DNA of 64,000 nt from Candidatus Sericytochromatia bacterium (GTDB lineage: Bacteria; Cyanobacteriota; Sericytochromatia; UBA7694), in contig JBIKWL010000005.1 of assembly GCA_044356335.1 (NCBI GenBank), positions 10,946-74,945 of the forward strand, written 5' to 3'. Position numbers and translations under genes: made by a program. The notes beneath the pieces were generated by a model, which was not told the DNA's origin, did no database searches, and saw nothing but the letters and a program-made list of their open reading frames with translations. Below are positions 41,860 through 51,425 of the stretch, in pieces (within the stretch, counting starts at the first letter, position 1; every line of letters begins with the position of its first letter).

Positions 41860-43167
41860 TTGCCTATGCAACTGCTCCGTTTAATGCAAAATTATTTCCC
41901 CCCTCCCGTTCTGGATTTGCTCCAGCAGACGGGTCAGGCTGCTGCCGATTTAAATCTCAAGGTCTACCTGATTGGGGGCAGCATTCGCGATCTGCTCTTG
42001 CCCCACCGCGCATTTGATTGGGACGTCGATTTGGTGGTTGAAAACCAGGGAGAAGAAGCACGTGCAGAAGCACTGGCGCGCGAATTACAAAACCGCTTGG
42101 GCGGTCAATTGCAGGTCTTTAAACAATACGGCACCGCCAAATTGGGCAAATTCAAGCCCGACGAGCGTCTGCAGTTGGACATCGCAACAGCCAGAACGGA
42201 AAGTTATGCCTATCCGGGTGCCAATCCCGAAGTGGCATTCAGCGATTTACACGCCGATCTCGACCGCCGCGATTTTAGTGTTAATGCCTTGGCGATCGCC
42301 CTTTTGCCAGACAACTTTGGCCAATTGGTCGATTATTTTGAGGGCTATCACGACTTGCAACACCGCCACTTGCGCACCCTGCACCCAGATAAATTTCGCG
42401 AGGATCCTGTCCGCGCTTGGCGGGCCTGTCGCCTCGAACAGGCACTGGATTTTCAGATTGAAAGCGAAACAGCTGAGCTGATAGCCAAGACAATGAAGAG
42501 CGGTATTTTTGATGGATTCTGCTCAGCCCGGATCCGGGCTGAGCTGCGCAAAGTACTGAGTTTTGACGACCCGATTCCCTGCCTTTTGCGTTTGTCAGAG
42601 CTGGGGGTTTTGCGCTGCCTGGATCCCCATTTGAAACTGAATAATACACTCTTGGCTGCCTTGAACCGTCTGGAACAGTGGCAGCCCTGGTTTGCCGAAG
42701 CGCACGACGCCTGGGCGGCCCCGCTTTGCCTCTTGCTCGAAGCGGTCCCGTTAGAAAAACGCCCAGCCCTGCTGCCCAAACTGGAGTTGAATCAACACCA
42801 ACTGCGTTCCTGGCTGGCTTTTGAACAAAACAGCAAGACTTATTTACAAAAAGACTGGCCGGAAATGCCTCCCAGTGCCATTTATGACGCGCTCAAAGAG
42901 GTCCCCGATCTCACACTTTGGCTCTGGCTGGCACGTTATCCAGAGAGCCCACTGGCACTTGCCATTGAACGATTTTGGCTGGAGTGGCGTAACATCAAGC
43001 CTTTTTTAACGGGCCATGAACTCAAACAATGGCTCAAACCTGGCCCACACATGCGGGCCCTTTTAAACGAATTGCTGCGGGCCCGACTCGACGGGAACAC
43101 CCACAGCCGCGAAGACGAAATGACCCTGGCTCAAAAACTGATCCAGCAAAGACAAGAGGTAGTATGA
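41860..43167 (+). CDS. tRNA nucleotidyltransferase / poly(A) polymerase family protein (CCA-adding-enzyme-like)
   Basis: PolyA_pol head-domain motif LIGGSIRDLLL...DxD. Confidence 0.65.
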   Translation: MPMQLLRLMQNYFPPPVLDLLQQTGQAAADLNLKVYLIGGSIRDLLLPHRAFDWDVDLVVENQGEEARAEALARELQNRLGGQLQVFKQYGTAKLGKFKPDERLQLDIATARTESYAYPGANPEVAFSDLHADLDRRDFSVNALAIALLPDNFGQLVDYFEGYHDLQHRHLRTLHPDKFREDPVRAWRACRLEQALDFQIESETAELIAKTMKSGIFDGFCSARIRAELRKVLSFDDPIPCLLRLSELGVLRCLDPHLKLNNTLLAALNRLEQWQPWFAEAHDAWAAPLCLLLEAVPLEKRPALLPKLELNQHQLRSWLAFEQNSKTYLQKDWPEMPPSAIYDALKEVPDLTLWLWLARYPESPLALAIERFWLEWRNIKPFLTGHELKQWLKPGPHMRALLNELLRARLDGNTHSREDEMTLAQKLIQQRQEVV

Positions 43168-43796
43168 TCTTTCGCTCAAATCCATTGGATCTGTTGATCC
43201 TGATTCCCCTATTTATTATTTCGATCACCATGCACGAGGCCGCCCATGCTTATGCCGCTCATGCCTTTGGTGACGATACGGCCGCCAAAGACGGACGTTT
43301 GACCCTGAACCCCTTGGCCCATTTGGATCCCTTGGGGGCCATTATGGTGCTGCTGGTCGGTTTTGGTTGGGCCAAACCGGTGCCGGTCGATCCGCGCAAT
43401 TTACGCAACCCCAATTGGCAGATGCCAGCGGTGGCAGCAGCCGGTCCTTTGGCCAATCTCGTTTTGGCGATAATCAGCATTGTGTTGCTGATTCTGAGCA
43501 CCCACACGGGCCAAACTTTTTTTGCTGAACCGCTGTTTCTCTCTGCCTCGTTAAATTTGCTGCTGATGCTGTTTAATCTGGTGCCCCTTCCCCCTTTGGA
43601 TGGCGCGGGCATTTTAAGGGGCTTTTTACCCCGGCCTTTACAGTTCAAACTTGATGAACTCGGTGCTTATGGGCCTGTGATTCTGATCATTTTGGTCTTT
43701 GTGCCCGGCGTCAAAGACGTCTTCTTTGGCACCCTCTATGGCATCACCAAGGTTATTTTTGAATTTTTGATGGGTCTGTTTGCCTTTTTGGGTTAA
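43164..43796 (+). CDS. Site-2-protease-like M50 family membrane metallopeptidase
   Basis: HEAAH (HExxH) in the first TM segment. Multi-TM protein. The start at ATG 43164 overlaps the upstream gene by 4 bp. Confidence 0.55.
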   Translation: MIFRSNPLDLLILIPLFIISITMHEAAHAYAAHAFGDDTAAKDGRLTLNPLAHLDPLGAIMVLLVGFGWAKPVPVDPRNLRNPNWQMPAVAAAGPLANLVLAIISIVLLILSTHTGQTFFAEPLFLSASLNLLLMLFNLVPLPPLDGAGILRGFLPRPLQFKLDELGAYGPVILIILVFVPGVKDVFFGTLYGITKVIFEFLMGLFAFLG

Positions 43797-43867
43797 AGCA
43801 AAGGTGCCCATTTTGAGATTTACTTTGCTCTGAATTTAAGATATGATTAAAACAAATCAATTTTTTT

Positions 43868-45379
43868 GTGATGGTTAGCATGAATCTGATCAAATCCAAA
43901 CGTCTTACTGCGGTTTTTCAGCTGATAACCGCCTCTCTTTTTGTTTTTTCTTGTCAAACAGTCGTACCCCAACCTCAAAACCAAGCTCCCGCAGCTGTAT
44001 CGCGTCTGAGCGCAACGGCTGTGCGCCCAACCCCCAATCAATTTATGTGGGGCGTCTCCTCGGCAGGTTATCAGGCCGAAGGCAATGAGACCAACAGCCA
44101 ATGGTATTTTTGGGAACAAGCTGGTAAAACCAAACACCGCAGCGGCAAAGCTGTGGATTTTTACAACCGCTATGAAGAAGATATTCTGCTCGCCAAGCAA
44201 ATGGGCGTCAATTCTTTCCGCATGAGTGTGGAGTGGAGCCGGGTTGAACCCCAACCTGGGGTTTTTGACGAAGCCCAGATTGCCCATTACCGCAAAATCG
44301 TACAAACCGTGCGCAAACATGGCATGGAGCCATTGGTGACCCTGGTGCATTTTACCTATCCGCATTGGCTCGATATCGACAGTGATCGCGATGGTTTGAG
44401 AAGCTGGGAAGATCCCGATAGCATTGATGCCTACCTGCGTTACACCGATAAAGTTGCGCGTGCCCTCAGCAGCGACGTACGCTATTGGATCACCTTCAAC
44501 GAGCCCAATATCTGGTTGCCCATTGCTCATCTCTTTGGCAAAACCCCACCCGGCACCCGCTCACCGTTGGGCTTTCTGCGCTCAGGTTGGAATGTCTTAA
44601 AAGCCCATGCCCGTGCCTATGATCGCCTTCATGGTATCAATCCCCAGGCCATGGTCTCTTCAAATATTTTCCAATTCCAATACAATCCCTTTGCCAAGAG
44701 CCCCAAATCGTTTGCCGCCTCTCCCGAAGCCATGAACGCCCGCACAATTGAAGCTTTTGCTGACAGCGATTGGTTCATGGATGGCCTTAAAAGCGGTGAC
44801 TATGCCTACGGAGTTCACGCCCAACAATTGTTTAAACCCTCTCACTATGCCAGTGAGGCCTCGGCCCGCAACAATGGCACGGTCGCACTTTTGGGGCGTT
44901 TTGACTATGTTGCGTTTGACTATTATTACCGTTTTACCAAACTGGAACAGGTCATGAATGCGCATGAAACCTGGCGGATGCCGATTTATCCCGAAGGCCT
45001 TTACAATGTGCTGATGGATTATCACCGCCGCTTTAATAAACCGATTGTGATTGCCGAAAACGGCATTGGGCTCTTCCAAAACAAGCCCCGCGCTGATGGC
45101 TGGAAACGGGCAGATCATATCGTGCACCACGTCTATCACATGCAGCGGGCGATGCAAGACGGCGCCAAAGTAATCGGCTATTATCATTGGTCGATCACCG
45201 ACAATTACGAGTGGGGCGATTTCGACTCCGCCTTCGGGCTCTATCGCGTCGATGCACTCAACGATCCCAGCCTGACACGCATTCCCACCGATGGGGTCGA
45301 GGCTTATCGTGCGGTGATTGCAGCCAAAGGAGCCAGTCCGCTGCTCCAGCAGAAATACCCAGGCCCAATCAACCGCTAG
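43868..45379 (+). CDS. Glycoside hydrolase family 1 (beta-glucosidase-like) with a lipoprotein-type signal
   Basis: TFNEPN (acid/base) and IAENG (nucleophile) motifs, with [12 protein letters not shown]. Confidence 0.75.
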   Translation: MMVSMNLIKSKRLTAVFQLITASLFVFSCQTVVPQPQNQAPAAVSRLSATAVRPTPNQFMWGVSSAGYQAEGNETNSQWYFWEQAGKTKHRSGKAVDFYNRYEEDILLAKQMGVNSFRMSVEWSRVEPQPGVFDEAQIAHYRKIVQTVRKHGMEPLVTLVHFTYPHWLDIDSDRDGLRSWEDPDSIDAYLRYTDKVARALSSDVRYWITFNEPNIWLPIAHLFGKTPPGTRSPLGFLRSGWNVLKAHARAYDRLHGINPQAMVSSNIFQFQYNPFAKSPKSFAASPEAMNARTIEAFADSDWFMDGLKSGDYAYGVHAQQLFKPSHYASEASARNNGTVALLGRFDYVAFDYYYRFTKLEQVMNAHETWRMPIYPEGLYNVLMDYHRRFNKPIVIAENGIGLFQNKPRADGWKRADHIVHHVYHMQRAMQDGAKVIGYYHWSITDNYEWGDFDSAFGLYRVDALNDPSLTRIPTDGVEAYRAVIAAKGASPLLQQKYPGPINR

Positions 45380-45459
45380 ATCATTTGATAATAGCGCTTA
45401 AAGTCGTCAAAGATACAACAGCAATACATAGCACCAAAGAAATAGAAAGATTATCATTT

Positions 45460-45894
45460 ATGGGTTTTGTTCAAGAATTTAAAGAATTTGCCATGAAAGG
45501 CAATGTCGTGGATCTCGCTGTCGGCGTGATCATTGGTGGGGCCTTTGGCAAAATCACCAATTCAGTGGTTGCCGATGTCTTTATGCCGCCCTTGGGATTG
45601 CTGACCGGTGGCGTCAATTTTACGGATATCAAAATCCCGCTCAAAGCGGCGGTAACCGATGCAGCCGGAAAAATCACGGCACAGGCCGTGACAGTCAATA
45701 TTGGTACTTTTTTACAGACGGTGTTTGACTTCACCTTGATGGCCCTGGCGGTCTTTGTAATGATCAAACTATTAAATAATCTCAAGAAAAAAGAAGAAGC
45801 CAAACCAGCTGCTCCAGCCGCCCCACCGGAGCCCAGCAAAGAAGAGATTTTGTTAACCGAGATCCGTGACGCTATCCGGGCAAGCTTAAAATAG
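45460..45894 (+). CDS. mscL: Large-conductance mechanosensitive channel MscL
   Basis: [32 protein letters not shown], the canonical MscL N-terminus. The listed longer ORF is rejected because it overlaps the GH1 gene. Confidence 0.85.
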   Translation: MGFVQEFKEFAMKGNVVDLAVGVIIGGAFGKITNSVVADVFMPPLGLLTGGVNFTDIKIPLKAAVTDAAGKITAQAVTVNIGTFLQTVFDFTLMALAVFVMIKLLNNLKKKEEAKPAAPAAPPEPSKEEILLTEIRDAIRASLK

Positions 45895-45920
45895 CATCTC
45901 CAGGTCTAAAATCTGGCATC

Positions 45921-45959
45921 AGCCGGCAGAGAGCACTCTCTGCTGGCTTTCTGCTTTTT
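45921..45959 (+). terminator. Likely rho-independent terminator after mscL
   Basis: Imperfect 12-bp hairpin followed by a TTTCTGCTTTTT tract. Confidence 0.4.
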
Positions 45960-46049
45960 GATAAACATCAATCAATTGGGTGCAGGAACAGCCCCCGTTG
46001 AGAAACCCCAGGCCTCAAGATAGTAAAAGCCACGTCTTTAGCCAAAGAC

Positions 46050-47456
46050 TTGGCAATCGCTGAGGAGAAATCTATGTGCCCCATTGTATCTGGCTATTCT
46101 GAGTCTTTGGTCAATCGAAACAGCTCTGTTTCAGATGCCGCCCAAGGATTGCGTTCAGGCAGTATCGCAAGAGCAGGACAAAGCTGGAGTTCAATTGAAA
46201 CGCAGGCACTTCCCCAGGCTCCTGGCACAGAATCCGCAACACTCCCCGAACTCCCCCTTTCTCCCGAAACAGCTGAACTGGCATTTGATTCGGACTTGCA
46301 AGGCCAGTGGCAAGGGACGGGGAGAGAACAAGCAGATTTTCAACCTTCTCAGCTCGCTTTTGGGCTGCGCGAAAAAAATCAGCGCTTTGAATTCAGTCAA
46401 AGCCTAAAACAGGATATAAAAAGTGCTTCGGCAACCATCCCTGAGCACGGGAAATCTGACGAGAGAAGCTATACCGTGGGTCATCTGAGTCTGGCGTCCA
46501 CAGCCCAAATCAAAGATGAACTCGGCAAAGAATGGCTGATCTTGGAACAGAATTTCAGCGCAGCAGACAGCGGAGAGCAAGCGCGTTCGGGCTTGGCCCG
46601 TTACCAAGCCACACAGGCTCTTCAGGTTTCGGGGGCTTGGTCAAGCAACCCAACCCACCAAAGTCGTAGCTTGGGAGTCTCGTATCAGCCGTCAACAGAA
46701 GAAGCACCCGATCCGCTTTCACTCTCACTGCTCACCACACAGACCGAGACGGCTGAACAAAAAACAGAGGCCCAAAACCTGCATTTACAATACGACCAAA
46801 GCCATTTGACTTATGCCCATGAGCACAGCAATCCCCGTCAAACAATGGCAGGGTCAATAGCCCCCCAAACCATGCAAGAGCTTGGGGTAGGCAGCACAAT
46901 TCAAACGCTCTCTTTCGGCCTCAATCAACGGGAGACCATCGCTGAATTTTTCAATCTGGAGACACAGACGGGATTTCTCAATTGGCAGCTCAACGAAAGC
47001 AGCCAAATCCAGCTCAATCACAGCCGTGAAGTACTCAGCGAAGGCAGTCTTCCGGCCACAGTCAGCGAGTCGAATCAAATCACACTCAAACACAGTTTTG
47101 ACCCAGAAACCAGCGGGGAACTGAGCTATCTGAATAAGCCCCAAGTATCAGAACTCTTTTCAGGAAAATGGAGCGATAGCCAATGGGAAGGCGCCTTCGA
47201 GCGCGAGCGCAATCACAAAGACCCAAGCTTAAGCCAAACCCGTTACCAACTCAGTTACGCCACTCAAAGTTTGCAAGAACAGCCCCTGGCACTGGAGTGC
47301 CGCGTTTCACTCTTAGAACGGTCAAATGGGAAAGAATGGAATGGAAATCTGCGTCTCTATGGAACAGAGCTTAAAGAATCTGCTTTTGAGGCCAGCTTGA
47401 ATGTGGGTTCAAAAACACCACCCACACTCAAGTTCAACTACAACCAGGACTTTTAG
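46050..47456 (+). CDS. Hypothetical Q/S/T-rich protein with a C-terminal ...NYNQDF (F-terminal) sequence; possible outer-membrane protein
   Basis: Long ORF with compositional bias. No clear N-terminal signal from the annotated start, and the true start is uncertain. Confidence 0.4.
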   Translation: MAIAEEKSMCPIVSGYSESLVNRNSSVSDAAQGLRSGSIARAGQSWSSIETQALPQAPGTESATLPELPLSPETAELAFDSDLQGQWQGTGREQADFQPSQLAFGLREKNQRFEFSQSLKQDIKSASATIPEHGKSDERSYTVGHLSLASTAQIKDELGKEWLILEQNFSAADSGEQARSGLARYQATQALQVSGAWSSNPTHQSRSLGVSYQPSTEEAPDPLSLSLLTTQTETAEQKTEAQNLHLQYDQSHLTYAHEHSNPRQTMAGSIAPQTMQELGVGSTIQTLSFGLNQRETIAEFFNLETQTGFLNWQLNESSQIQLNHSREVLSEGSLPATVSESNQITLKHSFDPETSGELSYLNKPQVSELFSGKWSDSQWEGAFERERNHKDPSLSQTRYQLSYATQSLQEQPLALECRVSLLERSNGKEWNGNLRLYGTELKESAFEASLNVGSKTPPTLKFNYNQDF

Positions 47457-48541
47457 CCTGCAAACGAAATAATCTGGCTGATACCTTTACCGGCTGAACG
47501 GCGGTTGTCCATGGCCGATTGCAATTCTGCGGCTGTGCGCACCTGATTGGGACCACGGGCAGGATCATCGACAATAAAGGTGCCATCGGGATTGACCCCT
47601 TTGATCACGGTATAGTGGCCGGCTGTGCCACCAAAACCACCGGTCAGCAAAACGACTTTTTCGCCCTTATCGAGTTTTGCTTTGATCTGGGCCAAGGCCT
47701 GCTGACTGTTTGCGGGCAGCGATTCGGTGGTAGAGGTAACCGTACGGCCTTGGGCTGCTGCCTGTTTTTTGACAGCTTCGGCCAATTGCTCTGTGCCAAT
47801 GGCAAAGGCCCCGCCTTCGTTGCCACTGGTCGACACACGTCCACCCACCATTTGGCGAATTTCATGCATCGAAGGCGCAGGCAAACCCAATTGTTTCATG
47901 ATCATTGAAGCCGAAGCCGGGCCACAATTGGCCTGAGACTCACGGGCATGAGTTGCTCCCAAACCACGTTCGGACCATTGGGAGGTAAATGAACCTGTAT
48001 CGCCAGGCGCAGTGGGGGGATTGCCAACACCCGTTGCCCCACCCGCACCAGGTGTACCCGGCATTTGAAAGTCGCCGGTAGGCGCAAAACAGGCACCGGG
48101 ACGACCCTGAACATCAACTTGGCAGTCAGATTCCTGGGCCTGTTCAGAAGAAGGCACCCAGGAAAATAGGTTTTTGAAAAAGTCACCGATTGAACCAAAG
48201 AAAGATTTGTCTTCAACGGGATTGGCGGCATCTTTAAACTGGCTGAAGAGTTCATTCACCAATTGCGAGTCTTTGAGGCCACCCGCCATTTTCTCCAACT
48301 CGGCCATTTCACTTTTTTCAAGAACGCCGTTATTGAAAAAGCCCACGTTGGTAAAGTCTTTCATTTTATCAGCGAGTTTGAGAAATGCGGCTTTCTCAGA
48401 CTCAGGCCCATCCAGGCCTTTGACCAATTGCTTCAGATCTTTGAGTTCGTCCCGGGAGATTTTGCCGTCTGAGGTAATCTGCTGAAGTTGATTGACAAAT
48501 GTGGGATTAAGCGGTTGAGAGGGGCCGACCTGCATGGGCAA
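47453..48541 (-). CDS. Hypothetical protein with a C-terminal papain-like C39-type cysteine peptidase domain
   Basis: NCGPASASMIMKQLG (catalytic Cys region) and GHYTVIKGVNPDGTFIVDDP (His region). There is no ABC transporter or ATPase module. Confidence 0.5.
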   Translation of the reverse strand: MPMQVGPSQPLNPTFVNQLQQITSDGKISRDELKDLKQLVKGLDGPESEKAAFLKLADKMKDFTNVGFFNNGVLEKSEMAELEKMAGGLKDSQLVNELFSQFKDAANPVEDKSFFGSIGDFFKNLFSWVPSSEQAQESDCQVDVQGRPGACFAPTGDFQMPGTPGAGGATGVGNPPTAPGDTGSFTSQWSERGLGATHARESQANCGPASASMIMKQLGLPAPSMHEIRQMVGGRVSTSGNEGGAFAIGTEQLAEAVKKQAAAQGRTVTSTTESLPANSQQALAQIKAKLDKGEKVVLLTGGFGGTAGHYTVIKGVNPDGTFIVDDPARGPNQVRTAAELQSAMDNRRSAGKGISQIISFAG

Positions 48542-48618
48542 AACTCCTTAAAAAATATAAACTAGTTTCTTTATACCCTGCCCTTGTAAAATAATTCGGC
48601 AAGACTTGGAAAACGAGT

Positions 48619-50100
48619 TTAAGCTTTGTTTATTTTTTCTAAATCGATCAGAACTTGAGCTGTGCGGCTGCGTTTGTAACTGTCAATTTCTTTCAAGGCC
48701 TTGACCTCTCCCGCTTTGGCCCGTGTGACCATTTTTTTCTGATTGAGCGGCGAGAGGTCCAATTGAATCGCTGGAGCTGCAGGTGATTCCGCAGAGGCCC
48801 CGCCCACTTTTTTACGGGCATGAAAGTCGGCAAAAATGGCCTGAATGTCTTCCCAGGAAGGGGAGTGGCTCCACAATGCTTCTTCAGCCAAAAGATGCTG
48901 AAGCGGGAAAATCGCAAGTTTTTCCAAAGCTTCGTGTTCCTCTAAAAGCAAGGTCACTTTTTTTAAAGCCAAAATATCTTGGGCCAAACGGGTCAACTTC
49001 CCCCATTCAGCCCAAGCCAAACGTTCAACCCGCAGCAATTTGGCCAAAATCGTCGAAGAAGCAGTTTTGCGATCTTTAAACAGCGACAATTGCTGGTTGA
49101 TGCGCTCTATCTCCTGCAAATGCTGAGCCAGGATCTGACAAATGGCCGTCCAGCGTTCGGCCAAGGTGCGAATTACCGACTTGTGATCGGTTTCGTAATG
49201 CTGGGCCACTTGGTGAATAAAGAGTTTGGCCAGGGTTTCTTTTTGGCGCAAAACTTGCTCAGGCACAATTTGGGGAGGCGCTTCCACCAGTTTTTGGTAG
49301 AGCCGATGTACCCGTTCGGCAAAGAGAAAGGTCTGAGCAATAGCATCTTCGACATCTTCAGCAGGCAAATCAATGCCAATTTGCGTCAATAGACGGTAGA
49401 CATAGGCAATATCACTTTGGGTCATGAAGTTTTCAGGTGTGGCGGCAAAGAGCGCTGCAATAATAAACTCCATGATCACCTGTGGACTATTGCTCAAACG
49501 CAGCAGCGAAAGCAGTTCTGGCCGAAGCCAGTCGGTTTCGGGACTTTCACCCGATTGGGCAGCCATTTGAACATAGACCTGCTTCATCGAAGCCCTGAAA
49601 ACATCCATATCAATCTGCAGGGCCTGTTTTTTGACCTCGGGTTTGTCTTCTTCAATCCCTTCGGCCCCAAAGCGATTTAAGAGACCCGAAAGGGCGCCAA
49701 ATTTGAGGTCAAAGCTCTCATCACGGGCTTCTTCAACCGTTTTGCGTTTGGGCGGGGGGTTGCTGCCTGGTTTTTCATAACCGACCCGAATCGTCTCGGG
49801 CTGGGTATAGTCAAACTCTTCCTCCTCGTCATCGCCCTCCCAATCATCTTCCCAATCCTCTTCAAAAGAGGCTTCCTGGGCATCCCGCGACAAGGTCTCT
49901 TCCTGCTGAGGTTCTTTGCCCATCAAGGTATTGAGTAGGTTTTTGGTCTCCCCGAGGGGAGTGTCGTCCATGAATTTTTTGGCTTTTTCGAGAAACTGAT
50001 TGCGCAATTGGTGGTGCTGACCACGGGCCATCGGCTTTTCAGCCTTGACATGCTCTTCATCGGATTTAGAAAAATATTCGCCGCTGTTGTCTTTGGCCAT
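48619..50100 (-). CDS. Hypothetical protein (493 aa) with an acidic DE-rich segment and a predicted helical C-terminal region
   Basis: Long ORF. I recognise no motif. Confidence 0.4.
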   Translation of the reverse strand: MAKDNSGEYFSKSDEEHVKAEKPMARGQHHQLRNQFLEKAKKFMDDTPLGETKNLLNTLMGKEPQQEETLSRDAQEASFEEDWEDDWEGDDEEEEFDYTQPETIRVGYEKPGSNPPPKRKTVEEARDESFDLKFGALSGLLNRFGAEGIEEDKPEVKKQALQIDMDVFRASMKQVYVQMAAQSGESPETDWLRPELLSLLRLSNSPQVIMEFIIAALFAATPENFMTQSDIAYVYRLLTQIGIDLPAEDVEDAIAQTFLFAERVHRLYQKLVEAPPQIVPEQVLRQKETLAKLFIHQVAQHYETDHKSVIRTLAERWTAICQILAQHLQEIERINQQLSLFKDRKTASSTILAKLLRVERLAWAEWGKLTRLAQDILALKKVTLLLEEHEALEKLAIFPLQHLLAEEALWSHSPSWEDIQAIFADFHARKKVGGASAESPAAPAIQLDLSPLNQKKMVTRAKAGEVKALKEIDSYKRSRTAQVLIDLEKINKA

Positions 50101-50103
50101 TGC

Positions 50104-51225
50104 TTAAACTGCCCCCTGTTCCGCTTCGGCTGAAACAGGTTCTTGCTCTGCCTCTTCTTCGGGATCAGCCAAATAGGTCAGATAGATATAGCGCAGCACT
50201 GAGCGCAAAATCGCAGCCACGGGCACCCCAAAGAGCAGCCCCACAGCCCCAAAGAAATGCTCTCCAACCACAATGGAGAAGACGATGATCGCCGGATGCA
50301 ATTCAACGGTATGCCCCAGAATTTTGGGATTGAGAAAATTGGCTTCGATCAGATGAATAATAATAATCACACCAATCACGGCCAAAGCCGTGAGCCAGGA
50401 TTGGGTCAGGGCAATAATCACCGCTGGCACCGTACTGATCACCGCTCCAAAGACCGGAATCAAACTAAAGATACCTGCGACAAAACCAATGGTGATCGCA
50501 AATTTAACCTTGAGCAACAACAATCCCAGGGTGGTCAAGGTGCCGTTGATCAAACAAATCAGCAATTGCCCGCGAATCGTGCCACTCAGATCGCGGTCGA
50601 TAGCATGCACCAAGTCCAGCACCAGGGGACGATAGCGCTTGGGGATCAGCTGAATCAGCTCCACTTTAATTCGGGGCAAATCAATCAGGAGAAACGCCGT
50701 GACAATAAAGATCACCAAAAATGTACTCAGGGCCGAAAAGAGCAATTTGATCAGGGTTTGCACATGACTGACCATGGACTCAATCTGGCCTTTGCCCGCC
50801 TTGATCACAGTTTCTAAACCCTGAGCGAGATAGGTCTCGACATCCAGACGCAAACCAAATTTGGTATTGTAAAACTCGGCCTGCTGCACCAAAGAAGGCA
50901 GGGTTACCGCCCTGAAATGCTCAAGCTGATGGGGCAAATCCCGACCCATGCGCAAAACTTCTTGGTAAAGTGGCGGCAAGACAATCAAGCCCAAAATCGC
51001 CACCCCCAAAAACACAAAGATATAGACCAGCATCACAGTGATGCCACGGGGCAAGGTTCGACCTAAAAATTTTTGTTTGGAAAGATAATCTACCAAAGGA
51101 GCGAGCAAATAGACAAACAGTCCACTGAAAACAAAGGGCAATAAAATTTCATGGATCAAATACAAAAGACCTGCCAGAGCGGCAGTAAAAAAGAGAAATA
51201 TCCAGCGTTTGGTTTTGGGGTTCAT
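50104..51225 (-). CDS. AI-2E family transporter (PerM/YhhT, UPF0118)
   Basis: 8-TM topology and family-typical N- and C-terminal blocks. Confidence 0.7.
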   Translation of the reverse strand: MNPKTKRWIFLFFTAALAGLLYLIHEILLPFVFSGLFVYLLAPLVDYLSKQKFLGRTLPRGITVMLVYIFVFLGVAILGLIVLPPLYQEVLRMGRDLPHQLEHFRAVTLPSLVQQAEFYNTKFGLRLDVETYLAQGLETVIKAGKGQIESMVSHVQTLIKLLFSALSTFLVIFIVTAFLLIDLPRIKVELIQLIPKRYRPLVLDLVHAIDRDLSGTIRGQLLICLINGTLTTLGLLLLKVKFAITIGFVAGIFSLIPVFGAVISTVPAVIIALTQSWLTALAVIGVIIIIHLIEANFLNPKILGHTVELHPAIIVFSIVVGEHFFGAVGLLFGVPVAAILRSVLRYIYLTYLADPEEEAEQEPVSAEAEQGAV

Positions 51226-51271
51226 CAGTTCTCAGGCTTTGTTTGCGCAGATTTTACCAAGTATAACATTT

Positions 51272-51357
51272 CAGAGCAAGATCAACCTGACTGACGCAGG
51301 TTATCTTGCAGGAACAGCAGAGCAAGAACAACCTGACTGGCGCAGCTTATCTTGCTG
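51272..51357 (+). repeat. Two tandem about 40-bp direct repeats, each an internally nested palindrome (GCAAGAT...CCTG...CAGG...ATCTTGC)
   Basis: cagagcaagatcaacctgactgacgcaggttatcttgcagg is repeated as cagagcaagaacaacctgactggcgcagcttatcttgctg. Confidence 0.6.
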
Positions 51358-51425
51358 AAAGAGCAGGCAAGAGGAAGCTCCCCCTTCTTACACGGCAGGC
51401 CTGTCACGCCTGTTAAAATGAAAGC

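Noticed and set aside
45187-45459. An N-terminal 91-aa Arg-rich extension on the MscL ORF
   Set aside because: The extension overlaps the 3' end of the GH1 gene in another frame. The canonical MscL N-terminus (MGFVQEF) starts at the internal ATG at 45460.
51272-51357. CRISPR or integron attC-like interpretation of the hairpin direct repeats
   Set aside because: There are only two copies, with no intervening unique spacers or cassettes and no cas or intI genes nearby.
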